A stretch of DNA of 64,000 nt, taken from assembly GCA_963776275.1 (NCBI GenBank), contig CAVZMI010000021.1, positions 267,183-331,182 of the forward strand, read 5' to 3'. The notes beneath the pieces were generated by a model, which was given only the letters and a program-made list of their open reading frames with translations, was not told where the DNA came from and ran no database searches. The position numbers and the translations under genes are program-made. This document shows, one piece after another, positions 18,759-30,367 of the stretch (positions are counted from its first letter, which is position 1; every line of letters begins with the position of its first letter). This DNA comes from Ignavibacteriota bacterium (GTDB lineage Bacteria > Bacteroidota > Ignavibacteria > UBA10030 > CAVZMI01).

Positions 18759-21193
18759 TTATTTAAGAAGTATCATTTTTTTGTTCGATGTGAAATCACC
18801 GGCTTCAAGGCGATATAAATATACACCCGAAGCCATTGCACTGGCATTGAACTTGACAGTATAGAATCCCGCATCCAAATATTTATCAACAAGTGAGGCC
18901 ACTTTTTCGCCCAGGATATTATAAACCGTCAACTTTACATTGGAAGCCTTAATCAATGAGAAGTTAATGCTTGTCGTCGGGTTGAAGGGGTTCGGATAAT
19001 TCTGGGATAAAGAATACGAGGTAGGCAATCCTCCATTCGCGATTTCAATATCTGTGGCTACAGGAAGTCCATATATGGAAATCTCTGCTATGGAATACGC
19101 TCCGCTCTTCGGTGCCAGCAGCGTGAATTTCACATATCTTCCCGTTCCTGTCAATTTGCTCAAGGTCTCTGTCCCGCCTTTGCCACTGGTGACAGTCCTG
19201 ATTGTTGACCACTGACTCAGATCGTTTGATACTTTAACCATGTACTGAGTGGCATAGGCATTATTTGCCCAATGGATAATTATAGTGTTTATTGAATATG
19301 TTCTCTCTAAATCGAGTTGAACCCATTGTTGAATAGGCGCAACCTCTGCCTGCCATCTCGTAACGCTGTCTCCATCCACGATATTCTGCGGTTGGCTAAG
19401 ATTATACGCTACAGTATCATTCGAAGAAACCGTTACAACCGCACCACCGGCTCTGTTAACCTGGTCCGGTGGAGAAACCGGAATCGTTATTGTTATTGAA
19501 TCCCGTTCATCGCCCTGTGTTACCAAGGAATAAGTATGGTGCTCCGAATCTGGATAGATAACCAATGTATCGATGACAGGAACGGCGTTGCCATTCAGAG
19601 TTACTGTAGAACCCTTGACCACCTGCCAAATCAAATCTGCATTTTCTCCAATTCCAACCTGACTCGGAACAGCCTTGAATATCATAATCCTTCCGCTTGG
19701 AAGAACCGTAACAGTTATACTTGCAGTGTCATTCACGTCTCCGTAAGTAGTGAGCGTATATGTCGTAGTGACCAGGGGAGCGATTTTAATGCTGTCATTT
19801 TCCGAGACGCTATTCCCGTCCAGTTTTACATCAGAACCTAGTTGGACATCCCATACGATCTGAGTACTGTCGGTCTTTTGAATCGTACTCGGATTTGCAT
19901 AGAATGCGTAGATGTTGCCTGTTCCCGGGTTAATAATAACATCTCTTTTGTGATTGTCGAACATATATTTCAATGATGTCCATGTGTCCGCCGCCGAACT
20001 GACTCCTCCAAAGTCAGTCCACGACCAGACGAGTGCGCCGGCGTACCCTGTATTATATAACGTTGGAATCAAATTGAGACTGCTTACGCCATCTTTGGCC
20101 TGCATGTGGAACTCGCCGATGACTACCGGCTTATCCAATCCCCATGTGGAACAGGGATGAGTAAACGGAGAAAGCACAGTACTCAGGGGCGACATTATAT
20201 AGTGTACGCAGTAAAAATCCAGCGTTCCGAGACTATCATTACCTGCCGCTATCAATTCACTATTACTGTAGTAATTCTTATTTGCCAGAGGTTCGATTCT
20301 GGCAAGATAATTCAGGTAATCTTCCACCGTAAGATTCAGCCTATGCAGCTTATTGAACTCGCTTACAAATTGCGCCTGCTGGCTGGTAGACCAATTAGCG
20401 AATCTGTCATGTGATGTCGTCGGTTCCTTCGCAAGGACATTGACATTTGTAAGAGTCTGAAAACTATTTGCTCCGGATGTCACAAGTGCTGTCGGGTCAG
20501 TCCTATGAATCGCCCCGGCCATGAGATTGACGCTCCTCTGAATACTTGCCATCGGGACGTGGTCACGCCCACCCCAGCCAAACTCGTTTGTAATGCCTTC
20601 CGGTTCATTGAAAATTTCCCAGGCAACAATCGCAGGATGACCTGCAACTGCACTTACCATGGGAATCAATGCGTTTCTGATATAGGCATTTGTATAGGCG
20701 GTGTCTGTCAGCAGTCTGGCGTTGCGATGCAGTTTTGCCGTATCCGTACCAAATTCAGATTGATTTAGCATGTCGTGTGACCACAGGCTAAGGATTAATC
20801 CGACATTATTCGCCTGCGCCAGATCAAGAATCTGGGTTAGGTTTTGAATCGCAACCGGACCGGGGCCGGTGACAAATCCATTTGCATCGAAGAACGGTGT
20901 TTGCGTACCGTTTATGTGTAACCATAGACGCAGTACATTCCCGCCATTTTCATGCACGGTTTCGAAAATAGTGGTGAAGGTTGCAATATCAACGGGCCAG
21001 CCAGGTCCCTGGCAAAATTTCCACCACTCGACCAGGCGATATTGATCCCGCTGATGAAGATATTCCTCCCCGCGTACGGAATCCTCGATTGCGAATAACT
21101 AAATTGCAGAGTCCCAATCAACGATATCAACATTAAACAACCAATAATAATACATCGGACATTTCCAAAACCGGATTTCCCAAAGGATTTCAT
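18759..21193 (-). CDS. GH5 (subfamily 10-like) beta-mannanase + Ig-like repeats + CBM32/F5-8C + T9SS CTD; frameshift near 20990
   Basis: ISGINIAW...ARD, LRLWLHING.QTPFFD.NG.VTG, AWEIFNEPEG (acid/base), KPVVIGEF (nucleophile); VDGDSVTRW...WVQLDL; LSQNYPNPFNP. Confidence 0.82.
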
Positions 21194-21312
21194 ACTACCT
21201 CCCAAGTGCTAAATAGCAGAAACATGCTTTTGATTTTTCATATGCCAATTCACAGGCGAATCAATCTTACCTATTACTTTGTAGTGTACAAAGTACACAG
21301 CAAAAAATCAAC

Positions 21313-21340
21313 AAGGCAGGATCAAAACAGATCCTGCCTT
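21313..21340 (-). terminator. Rho-independent terminator between the two GH5 genes
   Basis: AAGGCAGGATC-6 nt-GATCCTGCCTT followed by a T-rich tract on the minus strand. Confidence 0.6.
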
Positions 21341-21369
21341 TCGTTGAATTTTCAGAGATTCAACCGGAA

Positions 21370-22910
21370 CTATTTTACAACGAGCATCTTCTTCGTATCT
21401 TTATAGTGTCCTGCGACTAACCGATAAAAGTATACTCCTGTCGATAACCCGCCGGCATCAAAAACCGCGAAATGAGAACCGGCAGATTGCTGTTCATTCA
21501 CAAGGGTTACAATACGCTGCCCCAGAATATCGTATACGTTGAGTTGTACGACCGCGTTCTCCTTTAAATCATAATTTATCGTCGTGACCGGATTAAACGG
21601 ATTGGGGAAATTTTGATATAAGATGAAACGATCGACTACATTCGGCTCAACGATCCTATCCGAATCTCTCAGCAAAGCCATAAGCGTAGAATGTTCTTTT
21701 AAAGTTTTGTTCGTTGTAGAATCGGTATCGTACACGGAATTAAGTCCCTGTGCTTCCATCGGGGGATCGCACATGAATGGATCTCCCGTACGCCATTTAT
21801 AATCGACGTTGGGCGAACGGGCTTCTCCGCCCCAGCCCCAGAAATTTGTCCCGGCAATTGGCGATCCTGCTGCGGCGCTGTCGTAGATCATTTGCAGCAG
21901 AGCGGTGAAGTACTGATCACGCATAGTTGTTGTACTGCCGGCATCGTATTTCTGAAGATCTCTCGGCAGGCCGAATTCCTCCATGGCCAACGGTTTGTTC
22001 AACCTACGTGCATATCCGAAATGCTTTTGCATGTAGTCTTTTGCTTTTGCTAATGCAGAAGAATATGTTCCGGCACTGTTAGCAGGGTTGTACCAGCCCC
22101 AGTTTAAAGCCCAGAGATGGATAGTAGCATAATCGATGGATGCGCTCTGATGTGCTTTTATAAAAATAGTCGAATCCCCATTACAGCCCATTGTCCCTTC
22201 ATTTCCCGTTGTGACGAGATGATTGGAATCGAGAGAATGAATGTACTGTGCAGTTGAGTCTATCCACTGATAGAAATATGCAGTGCTTCCCCACGGGCGT
22301 GGTTCATTCGCCAGTTCCCAAGTCATGATGGCGGGATCTTCGTAGTAATGCAATCCTGTTACTGTGCTCTGCCTGCCGATTAAATCGCTAATATATTTTC
22401 GAAAAGCACTCTTCGCATTAGCGTTTTGATAGAAAGATGGGTATCCACCGCCAAACCAGGCATTATACTGGTTCATTCCGCCGGACAGGTCCAGAAATTG
22501 TTCAGAAATATAACCGCGTGCATATCTCTTTTATTCATTTCGGATAGTAAGAAATCTAATCCAATGAGAAGAGAATCATTATAGACACCGGGCGATATTT
22601 GAATAGCAGGCTGTACAGCATCCGGATACGAAGAGGATTCGGAAGCGCCGAGAATCCTGAGATTGTCGATCCCGTTGGCTTTCAACCGGTCAAGTTCCCT
22701 GATAAGCCGTTCTCTATTTCCCGTTTGTCCTGTTGAGCCCAGGTAACAGCCGTACCAGAAATTTGTACCGATATAGTAATATGGTTTCCCGTCGAGGAAA
22801 AATTGTGTGCCTCTGACCTGGACATACGTCGGCTGGGACCAGGTGTGTGCCGTAAAAAGAACACAGTGAACTACAAGCAGCACGCACCAGCCTGAGCGGG
22901 TGATTTTCAT
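21370..22910 (-). CDS. GH5 (subfamily 7-like) beta-mannanase/mannosidase with T9SS CTD; frameshift near 22480
   Basis: YYIGTNFWYG, RELDRLK..GIDNLR, LNNFW, MTWELANEPR, HLVTTGNEG, EEFGLPRD, DPPMEAQGLNSVYDTD; LYQNFPNPFNP. Confidence 0.85.
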
Positions 22911-22935
22911 GATTTTATTCTATAATTGATCGATA

Positions 22936-24177
22936 CTATTTTTTAATTAAACGGAGCATCAGAACATCATGTGTTCCGACTTCTGAAACAAGGTTCTTTT
23001 TTGTCGTTCCAATATTTTTCTTTGTCCATAGATCACGAATCAAATACGTCGCTTCATTTGTGTTCAATATTTTCTTTGAAACTTCGTCTGTAATAATATT
23101 TTTCGGCCAATCAAAATTGACCTTCTGTTTTTTTACGGAACGATTGAGGAAACAGACTGCCCAATCACCTTTCATTAGCGGTTTTACCCATACCTCGAGA
23201 CTGTCATGTGTCTTCACCATTGCAACCGAGTCGGTCGAACCGATATAGCAGAAACCCTGAATACCAAGCGAATCCTGATCGATGGCAATAACCTCGTGGT
23301 TCATCTGTATCTCTTTTGTCTCCGGTGTCATCGATCTCAAATCATTTCCCGTCATCAGAGGCGCCGCCAGGAGACACCACAACGAGAAATGTGCACGGTC
23401 TTCGCTGATGGTCATTCCCCGACCGACTTCCAACATATCCGGATCGTTCCAGTGATCGGGCCCTGCATATTTTCGGATATCTTTTCGCATTTCGACAATC
23501 TTCATGACGCCCCACTGCGACCATGTACCGTGGTTCAACTCGCAATCGAAACAATCCGTTATATCCCCGGTCGTGCGCCAGAGGTGACCGACATCTTTGC
23601 CCCATTCCCACGGATTACTATTTCCCCATTCGCACAGACTGAATACAATTGGTCTCTTTGCAGCAAATAACGCATCACGCATAGTCGTATAGGCGCCAAC
23701 GGCACTTAACCCTTCCGTATTACACCAATCATATTTGAGATAATCGACACCCCACGCCGCATACGATATCGCATCCTGGTATTCATGCCCGCGGCTGGAC
23801 GGATATCCGGCACAGCTTTTATTACCCGCGCATGAATGAATGCCAAATTTTAATCCCTTGGAATGAATATAATCGGCCAGGGCTTTCATTCCAGAGGGAA
23901 ACCGCTTTGGGTCCGGATGAATAAATCCCAGGCTATCCCGTCCACCCTCCCAGCAATCGTCGAGAACAATGTACGTATATCCGGCTTCTTTCATGCCGTT
24001 TGTTACTATAATATCCGCCATTCCGCGGATCAGCGTTTCATCGACATTGCACGCAAAAGTATTCCAGCTGTTCCACCCCATCGGAGGTGTGAGAGCCAAG
24101 CCGTTAAATTTTTGAGCGTTAAGAGAGCCGCACGTCAGTATGATCGTAATGAGTGCCGACCTGAAAAAATATTTCAT
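22936..24177 (-). CDS. GH27 alpha-galactosidase
   Basis: GLALTPPMGWNSWN, LDDCW, VDYLKYDWC, WRTTGDI, WNDPDMLEVG; likely start MKYFF at 24177. Confidence 0.93.
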   Translation of the reverse strand: MKYFFRSALITIILTCGSLNAQKFNGLALTPPMGWNSWNTFACNVDETLIRGMADIIVTNGMKEAGYTYIVLDDCWEGGRDSLGFIHPDPKRFPSGMKALADYIHSKGLKFGIHSCAGNKSCAGYPSSRGHEYQDAISYAAWGVDYLKYDWCNTEGLSAVGAYTTMRDALFAAKRPIVFSLCEWGNSNPWEWGKDVGHLWRTTGDITDCFDCELNHGTWSQWGVMKIVEMRKDIRKYAGPDHWNDPDMLEVGRGMTISEDRAHFSLWCLLAAPLMTGNDLRSMTPETKEIQMNHEVIAIDQDSLGIQGFCYIGSTDSVAMVKTHDSLEVWVKPLMKGDWAVCFLNRSVKKQKVNFDWPKNIITDEVSKKILNTNEATYLIRDLWTKKNIGTTKKNLVSEVGTHDVLMLRLIKK

Positions 24178-24280
24178 AAAAATCCTCCCTTTATTTAGAT
24201 GTTGAGTACAAATTTGCATAATATTTCAAAGTGGAGCAAGGATTAAGTCATTCAAGACCAAGAAAAAGATTTTATCGCTA

Positions 24281-26854
24281 TCAATAACTATCCACAAGGC
24301 TGATAATTTTCAATGATTGTTCGAAATCTATCCGACTCAGCCCCGTCGAAACTGTAATTATTTTCTTCACTCCGGGCAGCAGGTCAAAATAGTTGTCCGA
24401 ATAAAATCCCTTATCGTCTTTACATGCCAGGTATACATTCTTTGCAAGTGTGTTTGTCATTAGTTCAACCGCATATCCGGAGGGAGTGTCCCGAATCATG
24501 GTAATAAATTCCGGTTTTTTGAGTTCCAAATCTTTTGGAGATTCAAAATATGTGTTTTTCTCTGCAAGAATTTCTTCTCCTTTTTTCAAGCGAGACACAA
24601 GTACTAAACCGGATTCGTTTTCTTCCCCTATCAGCGATTGCTTTTCTATACTTGCGGCGACGTACGAGGTGTCGGGTTTCACGCTCACCGGAATCGACTG
24701 CTGAAACACAACCGTTCCATCGAATTTCATGAGGGAAATATCCAGTATGGCGTCAACGGTTTTCAGATTATCGGATACGATGAAAAATTCAATGCTATCT
24801 TCCGACACGACCGGTGAAACTATTATTGGTGCATATGATTCCTTTGCGGCATAGTGCAGCGCTTTCCAACGCCCATAATAATCAATACTTGACCATGAGG
24901 CGACGGGCCAGCAATCATCAATTTGCCAGTACAAGCTACCCATGCAATATGGCATCGCACGACGATGCGCTTCCATGGCCACTTTCACTCCTTCAGCCTG
25001 CAGCACCTGGCTTACATATACAAATGAAGAAAAATCCTTCGGCTCGCGATACCAACAATCCATATATCGCTGGATCAGTCGATTTCCATATTCTCTGTCA
25101 TTTCTTTCATCGGCCATACAGCGCTGGTGCGAAAGCATCACCTCGGAATGGAGCTGCCGGTCGTCCGGTTCTGCGTATTTTTCAATAGTCGACAATTCCG
25201 GATACGATTGAAATCCGTATTCGCTCACAAACCTGGCCAGATTCGATGTAAAGCTTTCGAACGGTTCCTTCCCATGCCACACTCCCCAATAATGAATATC
25301 TCCATCACCGTTTGTAATATTTTTAAATCCGGCGCTCGGACTCGTGGGGTGATAATACCTGACCGAATCTGCTTCATGCAATGCCGAAGGAATCACCTTG
25401 TAGAAAAGTTTCTCCGCGTTTCGCTCAAAGACGCTCTGTGTCTTTTTATCGTACATTTCTTTCCATCCCCATTGATTCCACCCAATTTCATTCTCGTTAT
25501 TGCCACAATACAATGCCACGCATGCATGATTGCGAATTCGAACGATATTGTCGACGATTTCATTCCGGACATTTGCCAAGAATTCATCATCGCCCGGATA
25601 CATTGCGCAGGCAAACATCATTTCCTGCCAGACGAGAATTCCATAACGATCACAGAGATCGTAGAACTGATCATTCTCATAGATCCCGCCTCCCCATACG
25701 CGCAGCATATTCATATGCGCTTCCGCTGCAGATCGAATAATATGTTCACAGCGTTCTTTTGTCACACGATTTTGAAAATTATCCTGAGGAATATAATTCG
25801 CCCCCTTCATGAACACAGGAATCCCGTTCAATCTGATGTACATACTTGTTCCACCCGAATCTTTCTCCCTGACAACCTCCACCGACCGAGTGCCAAGTCT
25901 TGTCGTATACTCCTCCCGATTTCCGGAATTGTTTTCCACAACGGCACAATATGTATAGAGATATTGTTCACCCAATCCATTTGTCCACCAGAGCCTCGGA
26001 TTATCCAGATGACCTTTCACATCGGCTTTATTAATACCCGGCAGGAGATCAATAATATCTGTTGACAGCTTCCGACCGTCCATGTAGATCGAGAGAGTGA
26101 CTTGTTGTTTTTTATCAGAGAAGAGATTAACAACTGAAACAATATTAGCGCCGGCGGCAGTAACATTTTTTTGTTGAATGTGGATTGTTTTTATCTTAAA
26201 ACTGCTCCAGGCTTCGATGGACATGGGACGCCAGATGCCGCAGGTGATCAACCGGGGACCCCAGTCCCATCCATAATGAAACTGCGCCTTTCGGGAATAC
26301 ATGGCGATTTTCACATCCGCCTGATCGTTGTTTGAAAAAGCCTGAAGCTCAAACGGGGCAGATTTGTATTTTGGTAAATTTTCATCGAAGACATTCCTGA
26401 AACGGATGGTGATGCGATTCCCCTGAATGCGCAGAATACTTTTACAGTTTACACGCCAGGTCCGGAACATATTATCCGTTTTCAGGATAAGCGAATCGTT
26501 CAGAGTCACTTCTGCATAGGTATCCAATCCTTCGAATACGAGCTCAACAACTTCTTTCTTCAGAATTTCAGCCGGTATATTAAACACCGTTTCATAGATC
26601 CAATTTTTCTCGCCGATCCACTGCAGTGAGTGCTCGTTTACGCCAAAGAATGGGTCGGGGATCAGCCCATTCTTCAGCAGATCGGTATGGACGCAACCCG
26701 GTACTTCGGCCGGATACCATTGTCCGGTTCCTTCCTGTTTAAATTTCCATTGATCGTAAATCTCTACCTTCATAGGATATTCAGCGGCTGTTATAACAGA
26801 GTATTCTGCAATCATTAGGATAACAATACATACACAGATAATAATGGTTCTCAT
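24281..26854 (-). CDS. GH2 beta-mannosidase
   Basis: FEGLDTYA, RKAQFHYGWDWGPRL, KGANYIP, LRVWGGGIYE, CGNNENE, RFVSEYGFQS, WQIDDCWPVASWSSIDY. Confidence 0.93.
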   Translation of the reverse strand: MRTIIICVCIVILMIAEYSVITAAEYPMKVEIYDQWKFKQEGTGQWYPAEVPGCVHTDLLKNGLIPDPFFGVNEHSLQWIGEKNWIYETVFNIPAEILKKEVVELVFEGLDTYAEVTLNDSLILKTDNMFRTWRVNCKSILRIQGNRITIRFRNVFDENLPKYKSAPFELQAFSNNDQADVKIAMYSRKAQFHYGWDWGPRLITCGIWRPMSIEAWSSFKIKTIHIQQKNVTAAGANIVSVVNLFSDKKQQVTLSIYMDGRKLSTDIIDLLPGINKADVKGHLDNPRLWWTNGLGEQYLYTYCAVVENNSGNREEYTTRLGTRSVEVVREKDSGGTSMYIRLNGIPVFMKGANYIPQDNFQNRVTKERCEHIIRSAAEAHMNMLRVWGGGIYENDQFYDLCDRYGILVWQEMMFACAMYPGDDEFLANVRNEIVDNIVRIRNHACVALYCGNNENEIGWNQWGWKEMYDKKTQSVFERNAEKLFYKVIPSALHEADSVRYYHPTSPSAGFKNITNGDGDIHYWGVWHGKEPFESFTSNLARFVSEYGFQSYPELSTIEKYAEPDDRQLHSEVMLSHQRCMADERNDREYGNRLIQRYMDCWYREPKDFSSFVYVSQVLQAEGVKVAMEAHRRAMPYCMGSLYWQIDDCWPVASWSSIDYYGRWKALHYAAKESYAPIIVSPVVSEDSIEFFIVSDNLKTVDAILDISLMKFDGTVVFQQSIPVSVKPDTSYVAASIEKQSLIGEENESGLVLVSRLKKGEEILAEKNTYFESPKDLELKKPEFITMIRDTPSGYAVELMTNTLAKNVYLACKDDKGFYSDNYFDLLPGVKKIITVSTGLSRIDFEQSLKIISLVDSY

Positions 26855-26858
26855 GGCA

Positions 26859-27191
26859 TTCGATGAAATTGTGAATATTTAAGTGTAATTTATCAATTTC
26901 CATGTTCTTTACACTTCATAAAATGATACGTCATCTCTGATTGGAGTACCGCGAAAAAAATTAAAGTAGCAAGGTTTTTATTAAGTACAAAGTGATTCTG
27001 TGAGATTTCTTGTCTTCAAGATACAATCAAAGATTTCTTGATTCAAGAGCTTATCACTGAGTTTATATTGGATGACGTTGTGAATGCAAGCGATATATTA
27101 TAAAACGGCAGCTTTAGAATGTGAAATAAAACCTTGCAAATTTAGAGAGTCTATATTACCTTACCTTTCAATTTTATCGACACGTCATCGA
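26859..27191. promoter_or_regulatory. Repeated GATGACGT-core candidate operator sites in the divergent mannan/arabinan intergenic region
   Basis: TTCGATGAAATTGTGAAT (26859), ATGATACGTCATC (26923), TTGGATGACGTTGTGAAT (27068), ATCGACACGTCATCGA (27176). Confidence 0.45.
27134..27162 (+). promoter_or_regulatory. sigma70-type promoter for the esterase-GH51 genes
   Basis: TTGCAA-17 bp-TACCTT. Confidence 0.45.
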
Positions 27192-27234
27192 AAAGCGTAG
27201 AGCTTTCGTTATTTTTCGTCATAGAAAATCAATC

Positions 27235-28080
27235 ATGCCAGGAAATTTATCCCTTCTACTTAAATCGTTTCTTGCACTTGGAATCGCTGCAACTGCTTGT
27301 TCACAGAATGTCGCGGATTCCATTAAAACGAGTGATCGGCTGCAGCAACTTCCTATTCAAACGATCATACTGACCACATTTTTCTCGAAATTCGTTTCAG
27401 ACAGCATTCGTCTCGATATTAGTCTGCCGGCGAGCTATAACCAGGATACTACGAAAATCTATCCGGTTATCTATTTGACCGATGGATACTGGCGTCGGGA
27501 TGCACATGAGATCATTCATAATATGAGTCAGGAAAAAGAATTACCGGAAGTAATCATTGTCGGCATCGGTTATCCTGATGGGTACGACTTCAATACTATC
27601 CGTGTACGCGATCTCATAGAAAATGCCGATATGCTTCTAATGTGTATTAAAGAGGAAGTCATCCCTTATGTTGAAAAAACTTATCGCGCTGATAATCTGA
27701 AAAGAACACTCTGGGGCTCTTCGCTGGGCGGATACTTTATCATTTATGCATTCACCGAACATGTAAAAGCAGGCAAGCTTTTTACCAATTACATCGGTGC
27801 CAGCGTCGTATTAAATCCCCGGTTTGAACATGTCGATCTCCTCAAGAATGAGCAGCTGCTCTGGGAAACAACCAAGGAACTTCCCGTGAACCTTTATCTG
27901 ACTGTCGGAGAACTGGAAGATCGCTCAATGATAAAATCATATACTCAAATTGCAGATGCAATCTATTCTCACGATTACAAAAAATTAAGATTTGAGTACG
28001 AAATTATTCCAGAGAAAGATCATATAACACTATGGAAGCCATCGTTGCTGGAAGGACTCAGAAAGTTCTTAAATGACTAA
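27235..28080 (+). CDS. Alpha/beta-hydrolase esterase (IroE/BesA-like), probable lipoprotein
   Basis: YPVIYLTDG, IIVGIGYP, WGSSLGG nucleophile motif, YLTVGELE, KDH; ATAC lipobox-like. Confidence 0.75.
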   Translation: MPGNLSLLLKSFLALGIAATACSQNVADSIKTSDRLQQLPIQTIILTTFFSKFVSDSIRLDISLPASYNQDTTKIYPVIYLTDGYWRRDAHEIIHNMSQEKELPEVIIVGIGYPDGYDFNTIRVRDLIENADMLLMCIKEEVIPYVEKTYRADNLKRTLWGSSLGGYFIIYAFTEHVKAGKLFTNYIGASVVLNPRFEHVDLLKNEQLLWETTKELPVNLYLTVGELEDRSMIKSYTQIADAIYSHDYKKLRFEYEIIPEKDHITLWKPSLLEGLRKFLND

Positions 28081-28104
28081 ATATTATCAAATAGCGAGCG
28101 TACA

Positions 28105-30093
28105 ATGAAAAAGAATATTATTTTCTTCACATTGATATTCTGTTGTGTGTTGAGCTTAAAGGCTCAAGTTCATGAGTGCAAATTGATCGTCGATGCTTCT
28201 GACTTGAGGTTCAAAATCAATAAAAACATTTACGGGCATTTTTCGGAACATCTCGGCAATTGCATTTATGGCGGTTTTTGGGTCGGGGAGAATTCAAAAA
28301 TTCCGAATACTCTCGGCATCAGAAATGACGTTGTTGAGGCATTAAGACGAGCTAAGTTTCCGGTACTGCGATGGCCCGGCGGATGTTTTGCAGATGAGTA
28401 TCACTGGAAAGACGGCATCGGTCACGAGACAAGCGCCCTACAATGATCAACACCAATTGGGGCGGCGTAACGGAGGATAATAGCTTCGGCACACATGAGT
28501 TTATGGAACTGTGCAGACAACTGGGATGCGAACCATATATAACGGGGAACATCGGGAGCGGGACAGTCCAAGAACTCGCGCAATGGGTCGAATATGTCAA
28601 TTCCAATAATGTGAGCCCTATGACGGATTTACGCAGGAAGAACGGAAGGGATAAATCGTGGGGAGTAAAATACTGGGGGATGGGGAATGAAGCCTGGGGC
28701 TGCGGCGGCAATATGAGACCGGAATTCTATGCTGACCAGGTCCGAAAATACGGAACATACTGCCGCGACTATGGGAATAACAGAGTGTTCAAAATTGCCT
28801 GCGGTTCCTCCGACAACGATTATCAATGGACAGAGATGCTGATGAAAAATGCCGACGGGTATATGAATGGATTATCTTTGCACCATTACTCGTTCAATGA
28901 CAGAAAAATCGCAACGGACTTCGATGAGTCCGGATGGTTCGATGTCCTGCAAAAGACTCTGATGATGGATGAATATATAACAAAGCACAGTGCTATTATG
29001 GACAAATATGATCCAAATAAGAAGGTGGCACTGATTATCGACGAATGGGGCACTTGGTACGGTATTGAACCCGGAACCAATCCCGCTTTTCTATATCAGC
29101 AGAATACGATGCGCGATGCAGTAACCACCGCATGCAACCTGAATATCTTTAATAATCATTGTGACCGTGTCCGGATGGCAAACTTAGCGCAAACTATCAA
29201 CGTGCTTCAGGCGATGATTCTTACAAAAGACGATAAGATTATTCTCACTCCTACATATCACATTTTCGATATGTTTAAGGTTCATCAGAATGCCATGCGG
29301 GTTCAGACGACAATTGAGTCCCCGGATTATGTCCTCGATGAAAAAAAACTTCCGGCTGTCAATTGTTCCGCTTCCATTGATGATGCCGGTAAACTCCATA
29401 TCTCTCTGTGCAACATTGACCCTAAATCTCACCAGCGAATCTCCTGTGAATTATTAAGGTTTAATGCGACCGGTGGATCAGGACAGATCCTCACCTCAAA
29501 AGAAATGAACGCACATAACTCTTTTGACCGACCGGATATTGTTGTACCCGGAAAATTTTCAGATTTCAAATTAAGCGGCAAAGGTCTTGAAATTATTCTT
29601 CCGCCGATGTCGGTTGTTGTACTTGAGCTGGAAGGAGAATATGAAATGCCTCCTGCTCTTGAAATCAAGAATCCCAAGCCGGGAATCAATTACACATATT
29701 ACGAAGGCAGATGGGAAAAACTTCCAAACTTCGATTTACTTTCTCCGAAGCGTTCAGGCACAATCGAACAATTCTTAATTCCTAAAGAAAATTCCGATGA
29801 GAATTTTGCGGCCCTATACGACGGTTATATTAATATTCCTTCTGACGGCCTATATACCTTCTATGTAATTTCAGATGACGGAGCCGATTTATTGATTGAT
29901 AAAAACTTGATCGTTGACAATGATGGCCAACATGCACCGCAGGAGCAATCAGGAACAGTCGTTTTAAAGGCCGGTTTCCATGAAATCAAGGTCTCATTTT
30001 TCCAGGGACCCGGCGGTAAGGCGCTCGACACAAGCATCGAAGGTGCCTGATATGACAAAACAGATTATTCCGGCAAACATGCTATTCCATTAA
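28105..30093 (+). CDS. GH51 alpha-L-arabinofuranosidase with C-terminal PA14 domain; frameshifts near 28425 and 30045
   Basis: [54 protein letters not shown]; PA14 [18 protein letters not shown]; corrected end ...[15 protein letters not shown] at 30093. Confidence 0.9.
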
Positions 30094-30367
30094 CCTACGT
30101 GAATCTCTTAACGGTAAATATGAAAATAAAAAAAACTTTAAAGTTCGCCGCATTTGTTTTTACGATTTAACACATTAGTGGAAATGTAATTATAAAGTGC
30201 TTATATTAAGATTTATTCGACATATTTTGCACGCAACTTACCCTTCATAATTACCATTATCTTTGGATAAGAGCTTTTTACCGTGAAAAATGAGCACCTT
30301 AGCAGATATTAACAGTGTTTGAATTCCTGTGGGACAACATATATTAATATTCTTGAAGGGACCGATA

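Noticed and set aside
25127-26065. 312-aa + strand ORF and other long antisense ORFs (e.g. 46573-47097, 49144-49641, 59957-60445)
   Set aside because: Shadow frames of well-supported genes with no recognisable motifs
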